Shown here: positions 40,218-52,216 of the stretch, piece after piece | Numbering within the stretch: the stretch's first letter is position 1 | How the letters are laid out: the number at the start of each line of letters is the position of its first letter | Assembly (NCBI RefSeq): GCF_018350175.1 | Contig: NC_058368.1 | Span: forward strand, 23,128,001-23,192,000 | Origin: Felis catus | Lineage: Eukaryota | Direction: 5' to 3' | Length of the DNA stretch: 64,000 nucleotides | The notes under the pieces: model-generated | What the model saw: only the letters and a program-made list of their open reading frames with translations | Databases searched by the model: none | What the model was told of the DNA's origin: nothing | Program-made: the position numbers and the translations under genes

Positions 40218-41249
40218 GAAGGATCTAGTAAGAACTGGGCATACAAGCCTGAATTCAGAGGACAGGTTGGGGTGGGAAATACAAATTTTGGAGTCAGCAT
40301 ACAGACAGTGTTTAAAGCCCCTGGACTGGGTGAGATGATCAAAAGTGAGCTGGGGAGGTGAGGACTTAGAAGTGTCTCCCAACCATTCCTCTGTCTAGAG
40401 GTCAAGGTTGAGTGGAGGAATCAGCCAGAGAGATGGAGAGGGGAGATCAGAGAGGAAGGAGAACAACAAAGAGAGACCAGCATGCTAGAACCCAAGTGGA
40501 GAAAGTGTTCTCCAGGATAAAGGAGGATGTTAACAGGTCCAGGGCCTAGGAGCCACCAAGCTCGGTGAGTGCTGACCATTACATTTAGCAGCATGGCAGT
40601 CTTCAATGACCTTTACAATCTGAGTTTTGGTGGGAAAATGAGGATGAAAACTAACTGAAATGGGTATAAGGAAGAAATGGAATTGGAAACAAAGTGTTTA
40701 GGTAACTCCTTGTAGGTGTTTTGCTGCAGAGGGGAACAAAGAAGTAAAGTGGTTGCTGGTGGGGAAAGTGGGGTAAGAATATTCTAAAACTAGGAAAGTA
40801 GCAGGTATGGCGATAGGAATAAGTACAGGATGAAACATTGTCATTTGGGAGGTAGGAGGACTACGGTGCCTTCAGAAAGATACAGCTATTGGCAGAGAAT
40901 TTCTCTGGCTAGGAGCAAGGCAAGTGCACGGGCAGCAGCTGGGGGGGGGGGAGGGGGGGCACGGTGCTGGCGGGCAGACACTCATGGGGGCCGCAGTGTG
41001 TGGGAGTCCTATTTTCAGATTTCTCCTCTTTCCCAGTGAGTTAGAAAGCAAGGTCCTAAGTTGAGAGTGGGAATTGGGGGAAAGAGGTGTTGGAGGTTTG
41101 GAGAGACAGGAAATGGTGTGAAATTTTGTCCAGGACAGCGGAGAGGGTCTGAGGTACAGCCAAGGCGGGGTTAGCATCATAGGGATGCAGATTAAAGATA
41201 GGTTAATATTGAGACCAGTCCATTTCACAAAGAACCAGATACAACAGGT

Positions 41250-42200
41250 GGGTCATTATGCAATTTCCGCAAATGCTTGAAATCCGTTGAACTTCCCATT
41301 CCTTGTGAAAACGACAAGGCGCAGGAGAACCTGACCGCCTTGCTCCTCCCTGTTCTCCGGCTCTCTCCCTAGGTTAGACTGAGAAACTCTCGCTCGCCCA
41401 TCAGATGGCGCCGCCGCCCTCAGTGCATCTCCAAGAGTATAGGGGGCGCTGTGTACTGGCCTCTTTTCCCCCGCCTCGGTGACTCTTGCTTCCGCCTCCG
41501 GAGCCCGCCTCGGCTCCCAGGGCTCAGCTGCGCAGTCGCGGAAACGGGCCTGTGGGGAGCATGGCGGCGTCTTCGAGTGGAGAGAAGGAGAAGGAGCGGC
41601 CGGCAGGCGGCTCTGGAGCGGCAGGCGGTAACAGCACGCGAGAGCGGCTCCTGTCTGCGCTGGAAGATCTGGAGGTCTTGTCAAGGTAATGCCGTCGGCC
41701 TGAAGGCCTGAGAGGGCTGGGCCCGGAGGACTGACTCTGCATCGGCCGGGCCTGCCGGGGTGTTCGTTCCCGGTTCCCGGGGTTCCCGGGGCTCGGTGGG
41801 GAGGCCGCGCTCCCAGAGACGATACACAGGTGTTGGCACTTGAGGTCTGCAACTCTCCGAGACGCCGACATGGGATCCCCCCGCCCCCCGCCTTAGAAGA
41901 CGTTTTAATAATGACAGTGACTCTGGAACCCCGACACGGTCAGAACTGTAGAGGACCTTAGAGATCGCCCGGTGTGAGTACCGTCGTCCACGGACACTCG
42001 ACAGACACTTAAGGAACTCCCCCTGGGTCCCAAGCGCTGGGAGACTGTAGTGAAGGGGGTGGGGGACTAGGTCCCGACGTAGAGGAGCCCAGTGTCAGGG
42101 GGAAGAGACAGACGTAAACAGCGACCGTGGTGCAGAGCCTGTTTTTACAGAGTCGTGCGCTGCGGGATACTGGAACCCGAGGACTCAGGGTGCCTGTCAT
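41250..42200 (+). promoter_or_regulatory. CpG island / MED4 promoter
   Basis: Sharp rise in GC and CpG density around exon 1 against CpG-poor flanks; no obvious TATA box; ETS/E2F-like GCGGAA motifs, YY1-like ATGGCG, CTCF-like motifs; boundaries approximate. Confidence 0.88.
41561..41685 (+). CDS. MED4: MED4 coding exon 1
   Basis: ATG in strong Kozak context (agcATGG); [41 protein letters not shown](R); donor AG|gtaatg. Confidence 0.97.
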
Positions 42201-45200
42201 GGTTGTAGTCAGGGTAGGCTTCCTGGAGAAAGGACTGCATGGGAAGAATGAGTTCACCAGACTCAGTAGGCGGCAGGTAGCTGGAACAGCATGTGCAAAA
42301 GCCTGGAAGCATGAGCACGCACGACTCGGTGGTGCTTACATACTTGCAAGTTTGGGAGGGCAGGCGTGCAGCGTGTGGAAGAGGTAGGAGAAATTGGATG
42401 CCTTTCTCCTTAGTCTACCATGGTTCGTGGCTGTTTGTCAAGTTGAAGCCTTCTTTAACTCCCTCACATTCACTTGGATGTTAAAATTGTTTTGATTCTT
42501 CCCCCTAAAACCTTGCGCAGATTTGACGTCTTGTTCCCACCCCCACTGTCGTTAACTATTTTTTAATGCAGTCTCCGGAAAGTTTTACTTGTCTTTATGC
42601 TTCTGCACTTCATCTTACTGTATTGCCCAGGGTCAGAGCTATCTTTTTAAAAGGCATCTCGTATTACTTTTCTGCTTTGAAATACTTGGTAAGTTCCCAC
42701 CGCCCGGTGAGGTAGAAACCAAATGTCTAGCTTAGTGTGCCACTTTCCTGTGACTATGTTGACTTCTGAAGAAGTGACACCCCCTTTGGGAAGTAGTGGC
42801 TGCTGCCTTTTGCTCCAAGTCTTGGTCTTAGAATTTCAAATCTTTGCCCTAGTATATAGTCAGTGAATTATTCCCACCGTTTTACTCTGGAGCCCAGTAA
42901 ATTCATTTCTTTTCTGAGCTCACTTGCTGTAACATAATTCGTCTGTTTTGTGACCCTAGTGTGTATTTCATACTCTGCAAGTTCGGGAACTATGGTTTTT
43001 TTGAACCTACTCATCCAGGATAATGGTATTTGAACATTTCTTCTGACATTGGACGACTCCGTAGTCACTCTTAAGATCTTGTTCCGGGATTATTTGGCCA
43101 TATATCTGAGGTGCGTTTTCCTGACGATGTCGGTACCTGCAGGAGTGCATATACATGATAGTCATGTAGTCTTCACCTGAGATAGCATAATTAAGTAATT
43201 TACCAGCTGTGTTAAATTTGCGACTAAATTGGAATTCTCTTGTATCTAGCTAGGATTGACCAGTTTCTCTCTCTCCCTATTTGCTTGTTTCCTTGATTAC
43301 TGAGTATATAGCATTTTCTGCCTGGTGAAATGTGTTGACCTGCTGGAGTAGTGGATCATTTCAGTTGTCCTCAAGAATCTCAGTGTTTCAAAAGTTGCAC
43401 AGCAGCAGATCCTAATGTAGTTTTGCTTTTCTCTGACCTCGTCAGGAAGAGGTTGAAATCCGATGCATTCTTTGTAGAGCTCTTCAGTCATTCCACAGGG
43501 CTCTGCAGTCCTTGAGTCCCATCAGCTTCTGGCCACATTGGCTTCTAGTCACGTCAGGGTCACAGTCTGTAGCAGACTTTGAGTGTGGAGTTCTCTCTTG
43601 TCCTGGATTTTCCCTCTTTATTTTTTCTTTCTTGTTTTACTTTCTTTATTATGGAGAGAGAGAGGGAGAGGGAGAGAACCGTGGGGGAGGGGCAAAGAGA
43701 GAGGCAGATTGAGGATCCTTCGCGGGCTCTGTGCTGACAGCAGAGCCCAATGCGAGGCTGGAACCCACAAACCATGAGATCATGACCTGAGGTGAAGTTG
43801 GACGCCCAACCCACTCAGCGCCCCCAGGCAACCCTAGGTTTTCTCGCATTATATAATCAACCTCACTTTAAGATACCATTACTTCTTTTTTCCTCAAGAG
43901 AAAGTTGCATCTTCTTTTCTTTTATTGAAAACATGAATCCTACTTTTTTTTTTGCAGAGTTGTTTCCCTTATTTATTCTAGTAGCTTCAACCACTACATT
44001 AACTAGAATTCTTAACCCTAACTTTTAGTAAAAACTGATTGTAAGTTGCAAACAGTCTGCTGTACCACCATCCATTAGACCGGCATATTCCTGAATACAT
44101 TTCTTAAGTCCCAGCAATGTGTGCATCTTCACAGCACAATCTTTCAAAAAAGCACAAAATGAGTTTACTATGAGACCAAAAAAAAAAAAAAAAAAAGAAT
44201 CTCAGCATTTCTGAAACCTTCCCCCTTCAGCTTTCTAGTTGTGCATGATTAGTTGAGGCGCTGAGTTCTCTTTTGAATTCTTTAAAAGAAGCTGTCGTTT
44301 TTCTATTGCCCTTTCCCCAGGAATGCCACTTTGATTTCTGGTTGATTTGTAGCCTCCACTGAGTCTTGTGACAAATTGGAGATAAGCTGCTTCTTTCTTG
44401 AGGTGCTCTGCACCCTGGTAATGAATAATTGCCTTAAAAGTTTTTCTTTTCCTCTGATTTTCTCCTGACTTACTCTGCTGTTCTTTTATTTATTCATCTC
44501 TAAAGAAAGACTGAGTGACAGTAAGTGAAAATTTATCTTTTATGACCCTGGAGATGGATGGTGGTGGCAGTGGAAGAGATGTCACTTTGTAGTTTGCCAC
44601 CTAGGATTCATTGAGACTTCACAGAGTAAGGTTGTTCCAGTGTGGTTGGCTTTTGAAAAAAATCCCATTTTGTTAGCAATCGTATAGTTACACATGCTGA
44701 TTCTGTAATCTGAAATTTGTCATTATCCTCTTAATGAAATTTTTCTCATGTTTGCATTTGTTATGAAAAAAATGAAAAGAAAACTCACTAGTATAACTTC
44801 TTGGCTTTTAGAAAATAGTAAGTTTGAAATTTAGGACGTATCTTTTTTTTTTTTTTCCAACGTTTATTTATTTTTTGGGACAGAGAGAGACAGAGCATGA
44901 ACGGGGGAGGGGCAGAGAGAGAGGGAGACACAGAATCGGAAACAGGCTCCAGGCTCTGAGCCATCAGCCCAGAGCCTGACGCGGGGCTCGAACTCACGGA
45001 CCGCGAGATCGTGACCTGGCTGAAGTCGGACGCTTAACTGACTGCGCCACCCAGGCGCGCCTAGGACGTATCTTTTACTGTTACCTGATTATATAGCTTT
45101 TTAGTGTATTTTATTACTTTGGAAAATATGATAGAATGAGGTAGTCTTTAGATGAATTAAAAAAAAAAAAACACAACAAATTGTAGTCTGGGGTGCCTGG

Positions 45201-47782
45201 GTGGCTCAGTCGGTTGAGCGTCCAGCTTCGGCTCAGGTCATGATCTCGCAGTTTGTGAGTTCGAGCCCCGCGTCAGGCTCTGTGCTGATGGCTCAGAGCC
45301 TGGAACCTGTTTCAGATTCTGTGTCTTCCTCTCTCTCTGCTCCTCCCCTGCTCGTGCTCTGTCTCTCTCTCTCTCTCTCCCTCTCTCTCAAAATTAAACA
45401 TTAAAAAAAAATTTAAATAAATTGTCTAAAAGTTGGTTTTTTTTTTTTATTTTTAATTATTTTTGAGAGAGAAAGAGAGAGAGAGACAGTGTGAGTAGGG
45501 GAAGGACAGAGAGATGGGGAGATAGGCTCCAGGTTCTGAGCTGTCAGCACAGAGCCCAACGTGGGGCTTGGATTCATGGATGGCAAGTTCATGACCTGAG
45601 CCAAAGTTGGATGCTTAACCGACTGAGCCATCTAGACGTCCCTAAAAGTTTTTCTTAACGTGTTTGTAACTCAGAACTCATTGTCCCTCACAAACCATGT
45701 TGATAGGAGTCTTGAGGTTTCCACAGCAGCCTATTAACTCTGTTTACCTATAATTTACCTGAACTGTAATATCACTAATACCCAACCTAACCCCCATCTA
45801 AATTATATTTCTAAGGGGAATTGTGGATGGATTCTAATTTTTTCTATACGAGGACGGGGCTCTGTCTCCCACACCTGTAACCAGAGAGTGGGCTCAGGGC
45901 TTCCTTCAGCCTCTTTTTACCATTGGGGAAGACAGAAGTTTCCACTTTGTTCTAGATGGTTACTGAACGTACTGTCTTACAGCTTTCTCCTTCCCCCTGT
46001 AGTTCTGTGCCTAGGGCAAGCCCTTTTATGGTTCTCTGTGGATTTATACTCCCAGATTTGCAAGAAAGGCAGAAAAGGCTCATTCCACATCTCCCACCAT
46101 ACCCCCCCCCCCCAGTGCCCACCTCTCCCACCCCGAAACCAGCCTTTATATAGATCAGAGATTCTCAAGTGTTTATATCTCCTCTATGGGGTACAGAAAA
46201 TGATTAATATAACATGCTACTTTCATGAAATGTTTGTTTAATCCATCATTGTCTTGCCAGCTCTACCTCCAAAATATATTCTGAGTCTGTACATGTTTCA
46301 CGAACTATTACCATTACTAAATCCTAGTGGCTCGGACCCAGTCAAAGCCAATGTCATTTTTTGCCTGGAACATTGCAGAAGCCACCTAGCTTCATTTCCA
46401 TTCTAGCCCTCTTACAATCTGTTCTCCAGATAGCTTAGCTTGTTTTAAAACATAAATCAGGTCATATCATTTCCCAGCTTAAAATGATCCAGTTGCTTCT
46501 CATTCCTTGTCCTCATTTTGTATCCTGCTCCCCAGGGCATACTATGTTCTGGCCACACTTCTTCAAACCATCTTTGGGCTCCTGAACTAGCTGTGACTTT
46601 TTACAAGCATTCTTCCCTCATGGCTGGCTCCTCTCACTTGGGGAATCCTTTCCTGACCCTACCCAGTGTAAGTAGCCAGACCAGCTCACTGACACTCTGC
46701 TTTATTTTCTTCCCAACCCTTATAACCTTAGTTTTATTTACCTGTTTTCTTGGTTATTTTTGTCTCCTGTATTAGAATTTAAAGTCCATTGTTCACTTTT
46801 TTTTTAATGTCTATTTATGTATTTTGAGAGAGAGAGAGAGAGAGAGAGAAAGTGTGTGTGTACATGTGTGAGTGAGAGGATGGCCAAGGAAAGAGGAAGA
46901 GAGAGAATCTCAAGCAGGCTCTGCACTGTCAGTACAGAGCCCAACTGGGGGCTTGATCCCACAAACTGTGAGATTATGACCTGAGCTGAAACCAAGAGTC
47001 AGATGCTCAACCAACTGAGCCACCCAGGCACCCCTCCATTGTTTGCTTTTATAACTCAAGCATCTAGAAAGTGCCTGGCACGTAAGAGGCACTCAAGAAA
47101 TATTTAATGAATGGGTGAATGAAGACTTTCCATTGCCATATCCCCCTTCTTCATTAATTAGCAAATTCATACACAGTGGTACTAGAACCTAGTAGTGGGG
47201 AAGGTTGGGTCCAATTGGCACCATCCAGGAAAACCGTGTGAAGGTAGGAGTAGGAAGATGGAAATAGGAAGGTGAAGATAGCCTAGCAGCCAGCAAGAAG
47301 GTACAAACACTGGGGCTGACTGGTGGTGTCAGGTAGCTAATTGTGCAGCTGTGCCTCTTGCATAATTTCTGGAGTCCATCTGTCAGCAAGTTTGAAGCTA
47401 ATACATAGATACTACCTGTGACATATTTTATACTGTGATATACTTTTTAATACTGTGATATATTTTATAATGTGTATATTATGTTTATACCAAGTTTCAT
47501 ATAGGAAAATTGGTATATCTAGTAAATGCTCATTCCAGAAAGATAGGATTTTATTATATGTAAGAATCCCTCTTAGTTGATAACCTGTTGGGTTAATTAA
47601 AATATTCAAGGGCTCCTGGATGGCTCAGTCAGTTAAACGTCCAACTTCAGCTCAGGTCACGATCTCACGGTTTGTGGGTTCGAGCCCCGTGTCGGCTCTG
47701 TGCTGACATCTCAGAGCCTGGAACCTGCTTCGGATTCTATGACTCCCTCTCCGCCTCTCCCCTGCTCGCTCGCTCGCGCGCG

Positions 47783-47823
<41 letters not shown>

Positions 47824-50800
47824 GATAAATAAATAAACGTCAAAAAATTTTTTGAAAATTCAATTAGGAGCACCTGCGTGGCTCAGTTGGTTAAGCGTCC
47901 AGCTCTTGATTTCAGCTCAGGGTCATGATCTCGTGGTTTGTGAGTTCGAGCCCCACTGCTTGGGATTCTCTCTCTCTCTCCCCTTCTCTCTGCCTCTCTC
48001 CCACGCATGTGCATATGCTCTTAAAAGAAATAAACTTTATAAAAAAATTCAATTAAAGTAGAAAATGATTAAAAAAATGATTCATCTACTCCTTAATTGT
48101 TTTATTTTACCTTAAAGCATATAAGCTTATGTTTTCACTAATCTTTTCATCTAAGACAGGCGTCAGAGAACTTTTTCTGTAGAGGAAGGGCCAGATAATA
48201 AATATTTTTGATTTTTGCAAGCTGTAAATTTTCTGCTGCAACTACCCTATTCTGCCATTAGAGTGGGAAAACAGCCCTGGATGATATGTAAATGAAGGGG
48301 CATGGCCAATGTGCTGAATGTAGGAGTTTTTCTTGCATAAACCACCCATAATGCAAAGTCTACCAGTTTCTAGTTTGTTTCTTTATTTTTTCAACGTTTA
48401 TTTATTTTTGGGACAGAGAGAGACAGAGCATGAACAGGGGAGGGCAGAGAGAGAGGGAGACACAGAATCGGAAGCAGGCTCCAGGCTCTGAGCCATCAGC
48501 CCAGAGCCTGACGCGGGGCTCGAACTCGCGGACTGCAAGATCGTGACCTGGCTGAAGTCGGAGGCTTAACGGACTGCGCCACCCAGGCGCCCCTCTAGTT
48601 TGTTTCTTTAAAGTGAAATGAGGGGTGCCTGGCTGGCTCAATCAGTAGAGCATGCAATTCTTGATCTCAGGATTGTGGATTCGAGCCCCATGTTGGGTGT
48701 AGAGATTACTTTAAATGAATGATAAAGTGAAATGAGAACTTAGATGCTCATCAAACAGTCTTAGGGCAGACTCTTGCTGAATTTGTATGACTTTCCCTGC
48801 TTCTTTGAAGTAGGCCTTTGCAGACATCTCTTGAGTCTTTCCCCAGCATTCAGCTTAGGTTTTTATAGAAACAGCTCTTCTCTGTTGGCAGTCATATTTC
48901 ATTGGTATTTATGTAATTACACTAGTAAGTAAAACTTGCATAGATGCATCTGGTAACAATCAAAACTGAGTCTTGAAGCTGGTGAGAGCCCAAGCGCATA
49001 GTCACCGTGGAGCAGTGGCTGTGAATACTCAGCGTACTGTGGGTACCATGAATTCAGCAAGTCAGTTAGGTAGAGATAGTTGAGAAGGCTTCTACTGTAT
49101 TTGCTTTGCGAAGGTGTTTTGTTTTTTTTCTTTTTCTAGAGAACTTATAGAAATGCTGGCAATTTCAAGAAACCAAAAGTTGTTGCCGCCTGATGAGGAA
49201 AACCAGGTAAGTGGCTTCTTTTTAAATTACAAACAAGAAATCCCCATTATTTACTGAAGTTTTCCTACTTACATTTACTTTGTTTGAAAATAGGAAGATT
49301 GAATTCTATTACATTATTAATTACAACTTTTAAATTGATACTTTCTTTGAATCTCTTATGTAAGGTCATACTGCTTAAGATGCAAATAGTTGTCTAAGGG
49401 TGAATAGTATTTTCTCTTATAGTTGTAGTTACACATTTATTCATTTTTGTCTTTTGAAATAACCAGCAAAGGCCTGTTAAATGGATATTAAAACAATATT
49501 TGGAATAAAGAAAGTTAATGCTCCCATAAACCTTTTATTATAGGCTTGTCCCCCTAATGCAATCTTGAAAATGAATAGAAATAAAAGAGTATACAACTAT
49601 TAATAGAAGTTATTTTGTAGATTTTAAGTTTATAAGTAGTTTTTATTTTCTTTATTCCTTTCTGTGCTTTGTAATCTTCTACAGTGAGATTGATTTTCTG
49701 ACCCAGAAACTTTTTAAAGAAGAGGGTAAATGTCACTTTGTGTTTTTTTGCCATAATTAAAAAAAAAAAATTAAGAGGAAACAGATAGGAAGAATTAGCC
49801 TATTTAATGATGTGAGACAGGAGAAATCTAATAGATCTTTTCTCTTTACTTTCCACCCCTTCATCATTTTAGTTTTATCATATGTTTTGAGGGCAGAGAA
49901 ATTGGGTTGATTGTCAATAGTGAAGTGTCAGAAAACTGTTTTCCTCAAGGATTAATGCCCTCAGGAAGAGAGGGGGGAATTAGATAAGGCTACAGGTAGT
50001 GTAAGTTGGTGATTTTAGGGATATTAAAGTTGTTCTTTGTATATTGCTTATTTTGTTTTTAGAAAAAGCTTATAGAGAAATATGGTAATAAAAGAATGCT
50101 AGTCTCAGATACTTTATTCGTAAATACCTGTGAAGCCAACTAAGAATTACAAAATAAGCAAAATGAAATATAAGTTCTAACTTTACTTCCTAGGCAATTA
50201 TATGCTTGCTATGAGCCAGGCACACAGATGATTGATTCAGTAGGTCATAACTAACACCTGTCTTATCAGCACTAATATTTCTTACACTTTTTAAAAACTA
50301 ACAGTTCTGTCCTTAAAAATAACAGTACCTTGTCATATAAGGTTGTTGTGAGGATGTATTATACTGCATTCTTAAGTATACATAGGGAGAGCTTAGTAAT
50401 GGTGGATAGTTATCATCACCACTCTGGAACAGAATTAAACGTTATACTTAGTACTGTGAATTTTCATTGAAACTGTTAAATATTAGTGTGATGTGCCCAT
50501 TTGAAAATTTTCTAGCTTCCATTTTATTTGAATATTTGTATTTTCATGTATGTAGAATTTTACTTAGAAGGGACATTAATGGTCTCTATAACCTCCTGTG
50601 TTATAAAAGAGCTTGAGTTCCAGAGTGGATAAGTGAACTAGAGGTTGATGGATGAATAGAACTAGAATCGAGGTCTGACTTCAGTTGAATAATTTTTCTC
50701 TACTCAACAATAAAATCTCCAAAGAATCTTTACTGCTCTATGGTAGTATACAATATAGGTCAAACTGGAAACTTCTTGAAACGTGTTGTGAAACAACAAG

Positions 50801-52172
50801 TTGGTTAATAACTTTTTAAATATACTTTTATAAAAGTGGAAACCCTGCTTTCTCTTGTGACTTGAGAAGAATAGGGACTGTAGCTTTATTAAGTAGAATA
50901 TACTACTTTTTATAGAAGAAACTATTATTCAAAGTAAATACTTTTAATACATGGACAGAGGATATAGCTCAGTCTTTTGTCTGAGGCCTATAAAAATGAG
51001 GAGAACTTCATATCGAAAGGAACTTGAAGAGGCAGGTCTATACTTTTTACTCTTTAACAAATTTTTGTTAACAGTTTTAAAATTGGTTCTGAATTTTGAT
51101 AGCCATTTCCTTTCTTGAAGTATTATTCCCCACTTCGCACAGTTAAGTAAGGGTATTTAGGTAAGATTGCATCTTAATTCTGTAGTGGGGTAGTGATGAT
51201 GATAGCTAGCCTTTATTGGGCTCTTCCTGTGTGTACTTTACATGCATTATATCATAAATCCTCACAATAACCTTATGTGATAAGGTGCTGTTACTATATC
51301 CCTGGTAAACGAAAGACTAGAGATTTGGGCCCAGACTTTCTGTTTTATGCTTTTTAACCTTCATAGGTCAAAGGTTGTATCTACATACCACCTATTTACT
51401 ATTTTTGGAAATTGCTCTTTTTTAACCATCTTCATTGTAAAGCAATACTGTGAATGAAATCACAGGTTTAGTGTGAGTTTTATATATATATGTTTTAAGT
51501 TTATTTGAGAGTGTGTGTGTGTGGAGAAGGGGAAGAGAGAGAGGGAGAGAATCCCAAGCAGGCTGATGCGGGGTTTGATCTCACAAACTGTGAGATTGTG
51601 ACCTGAGCTGAAATTAAAAGTCATACACTTAACCAACTGAGCCAACCAGGTGCCCCATTTCTCTGTACATTTTTACAAACTTTAAGTTGCAAAAATTTTC
51701 TGTCTTAGCAACTTTCAAGTATACAATGTAATATTGTTAACTATAGTCACCATTTCTGTACATTGCATCCCAGAACTTATTTGTCTTATAAGCGTAAGTT
51801 TGTACCTTTTGATCATCTTCACCCATTTTACCCACCCCCACCTGTGGCAACTACCAATCGGATTTCTTTTTCTGAGTTTGTCTCTTGTAGATTCCACATA
51901 CAAATGAGATCGAGCAGTATTTGTCTTTCTCTTGCTGACTTTTTTCACTTACTATGAATGGCTTCAAGGTCTATCCTTATGGTCACAAATGATAAGATTT
52001 CCTTCTTTTTTATGGCTGAATAGTATTTCTCTATCTTTGTGTGTACATCCACACATTTTCTACTAATGTAAAGGGATACATTCCCCTGGTGTTTACAGCA
52101 CCATTATCAACAATAGCCAAATTCTGGAAAAAGCCCAAATGTCCATCAGTTGATGAATGGGTAAAGAAGACA

Positions 52173-52216
<44 letters not shown>

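Larger units (their letters stand above)
39010..41050 (-). mobile_element. Fragmented L2 hosting a SINE and an LTR
   Basis: Purine-rich L2 antisense hallmarks: gatcaggaattcgggtttg, aaattttggagtcagcat..gtgtttaaagcc..ggactgggtgagat. Confidence 0.65.

Noticed and set aside
41256..41852. 198-aa minus-strand ORF (and 41524-41871) across the MED4 promoter
   Set aside because: Pro/Ala/Arg-rich product with no recognisable domain; long ORFs are expected in stop-poor CpG islands
43120..43185. Possible C/D-box snoRNA in intron 1 (TGACGA..CTGA)
   Set aside because: C box imperfect, no terminal stem, short, no recognisable guide
8733..48641. Recurrent MAQSVK.../SSPASGS... ORF family
   Set aside because: All map to CAN-SINE copies; not a gene family
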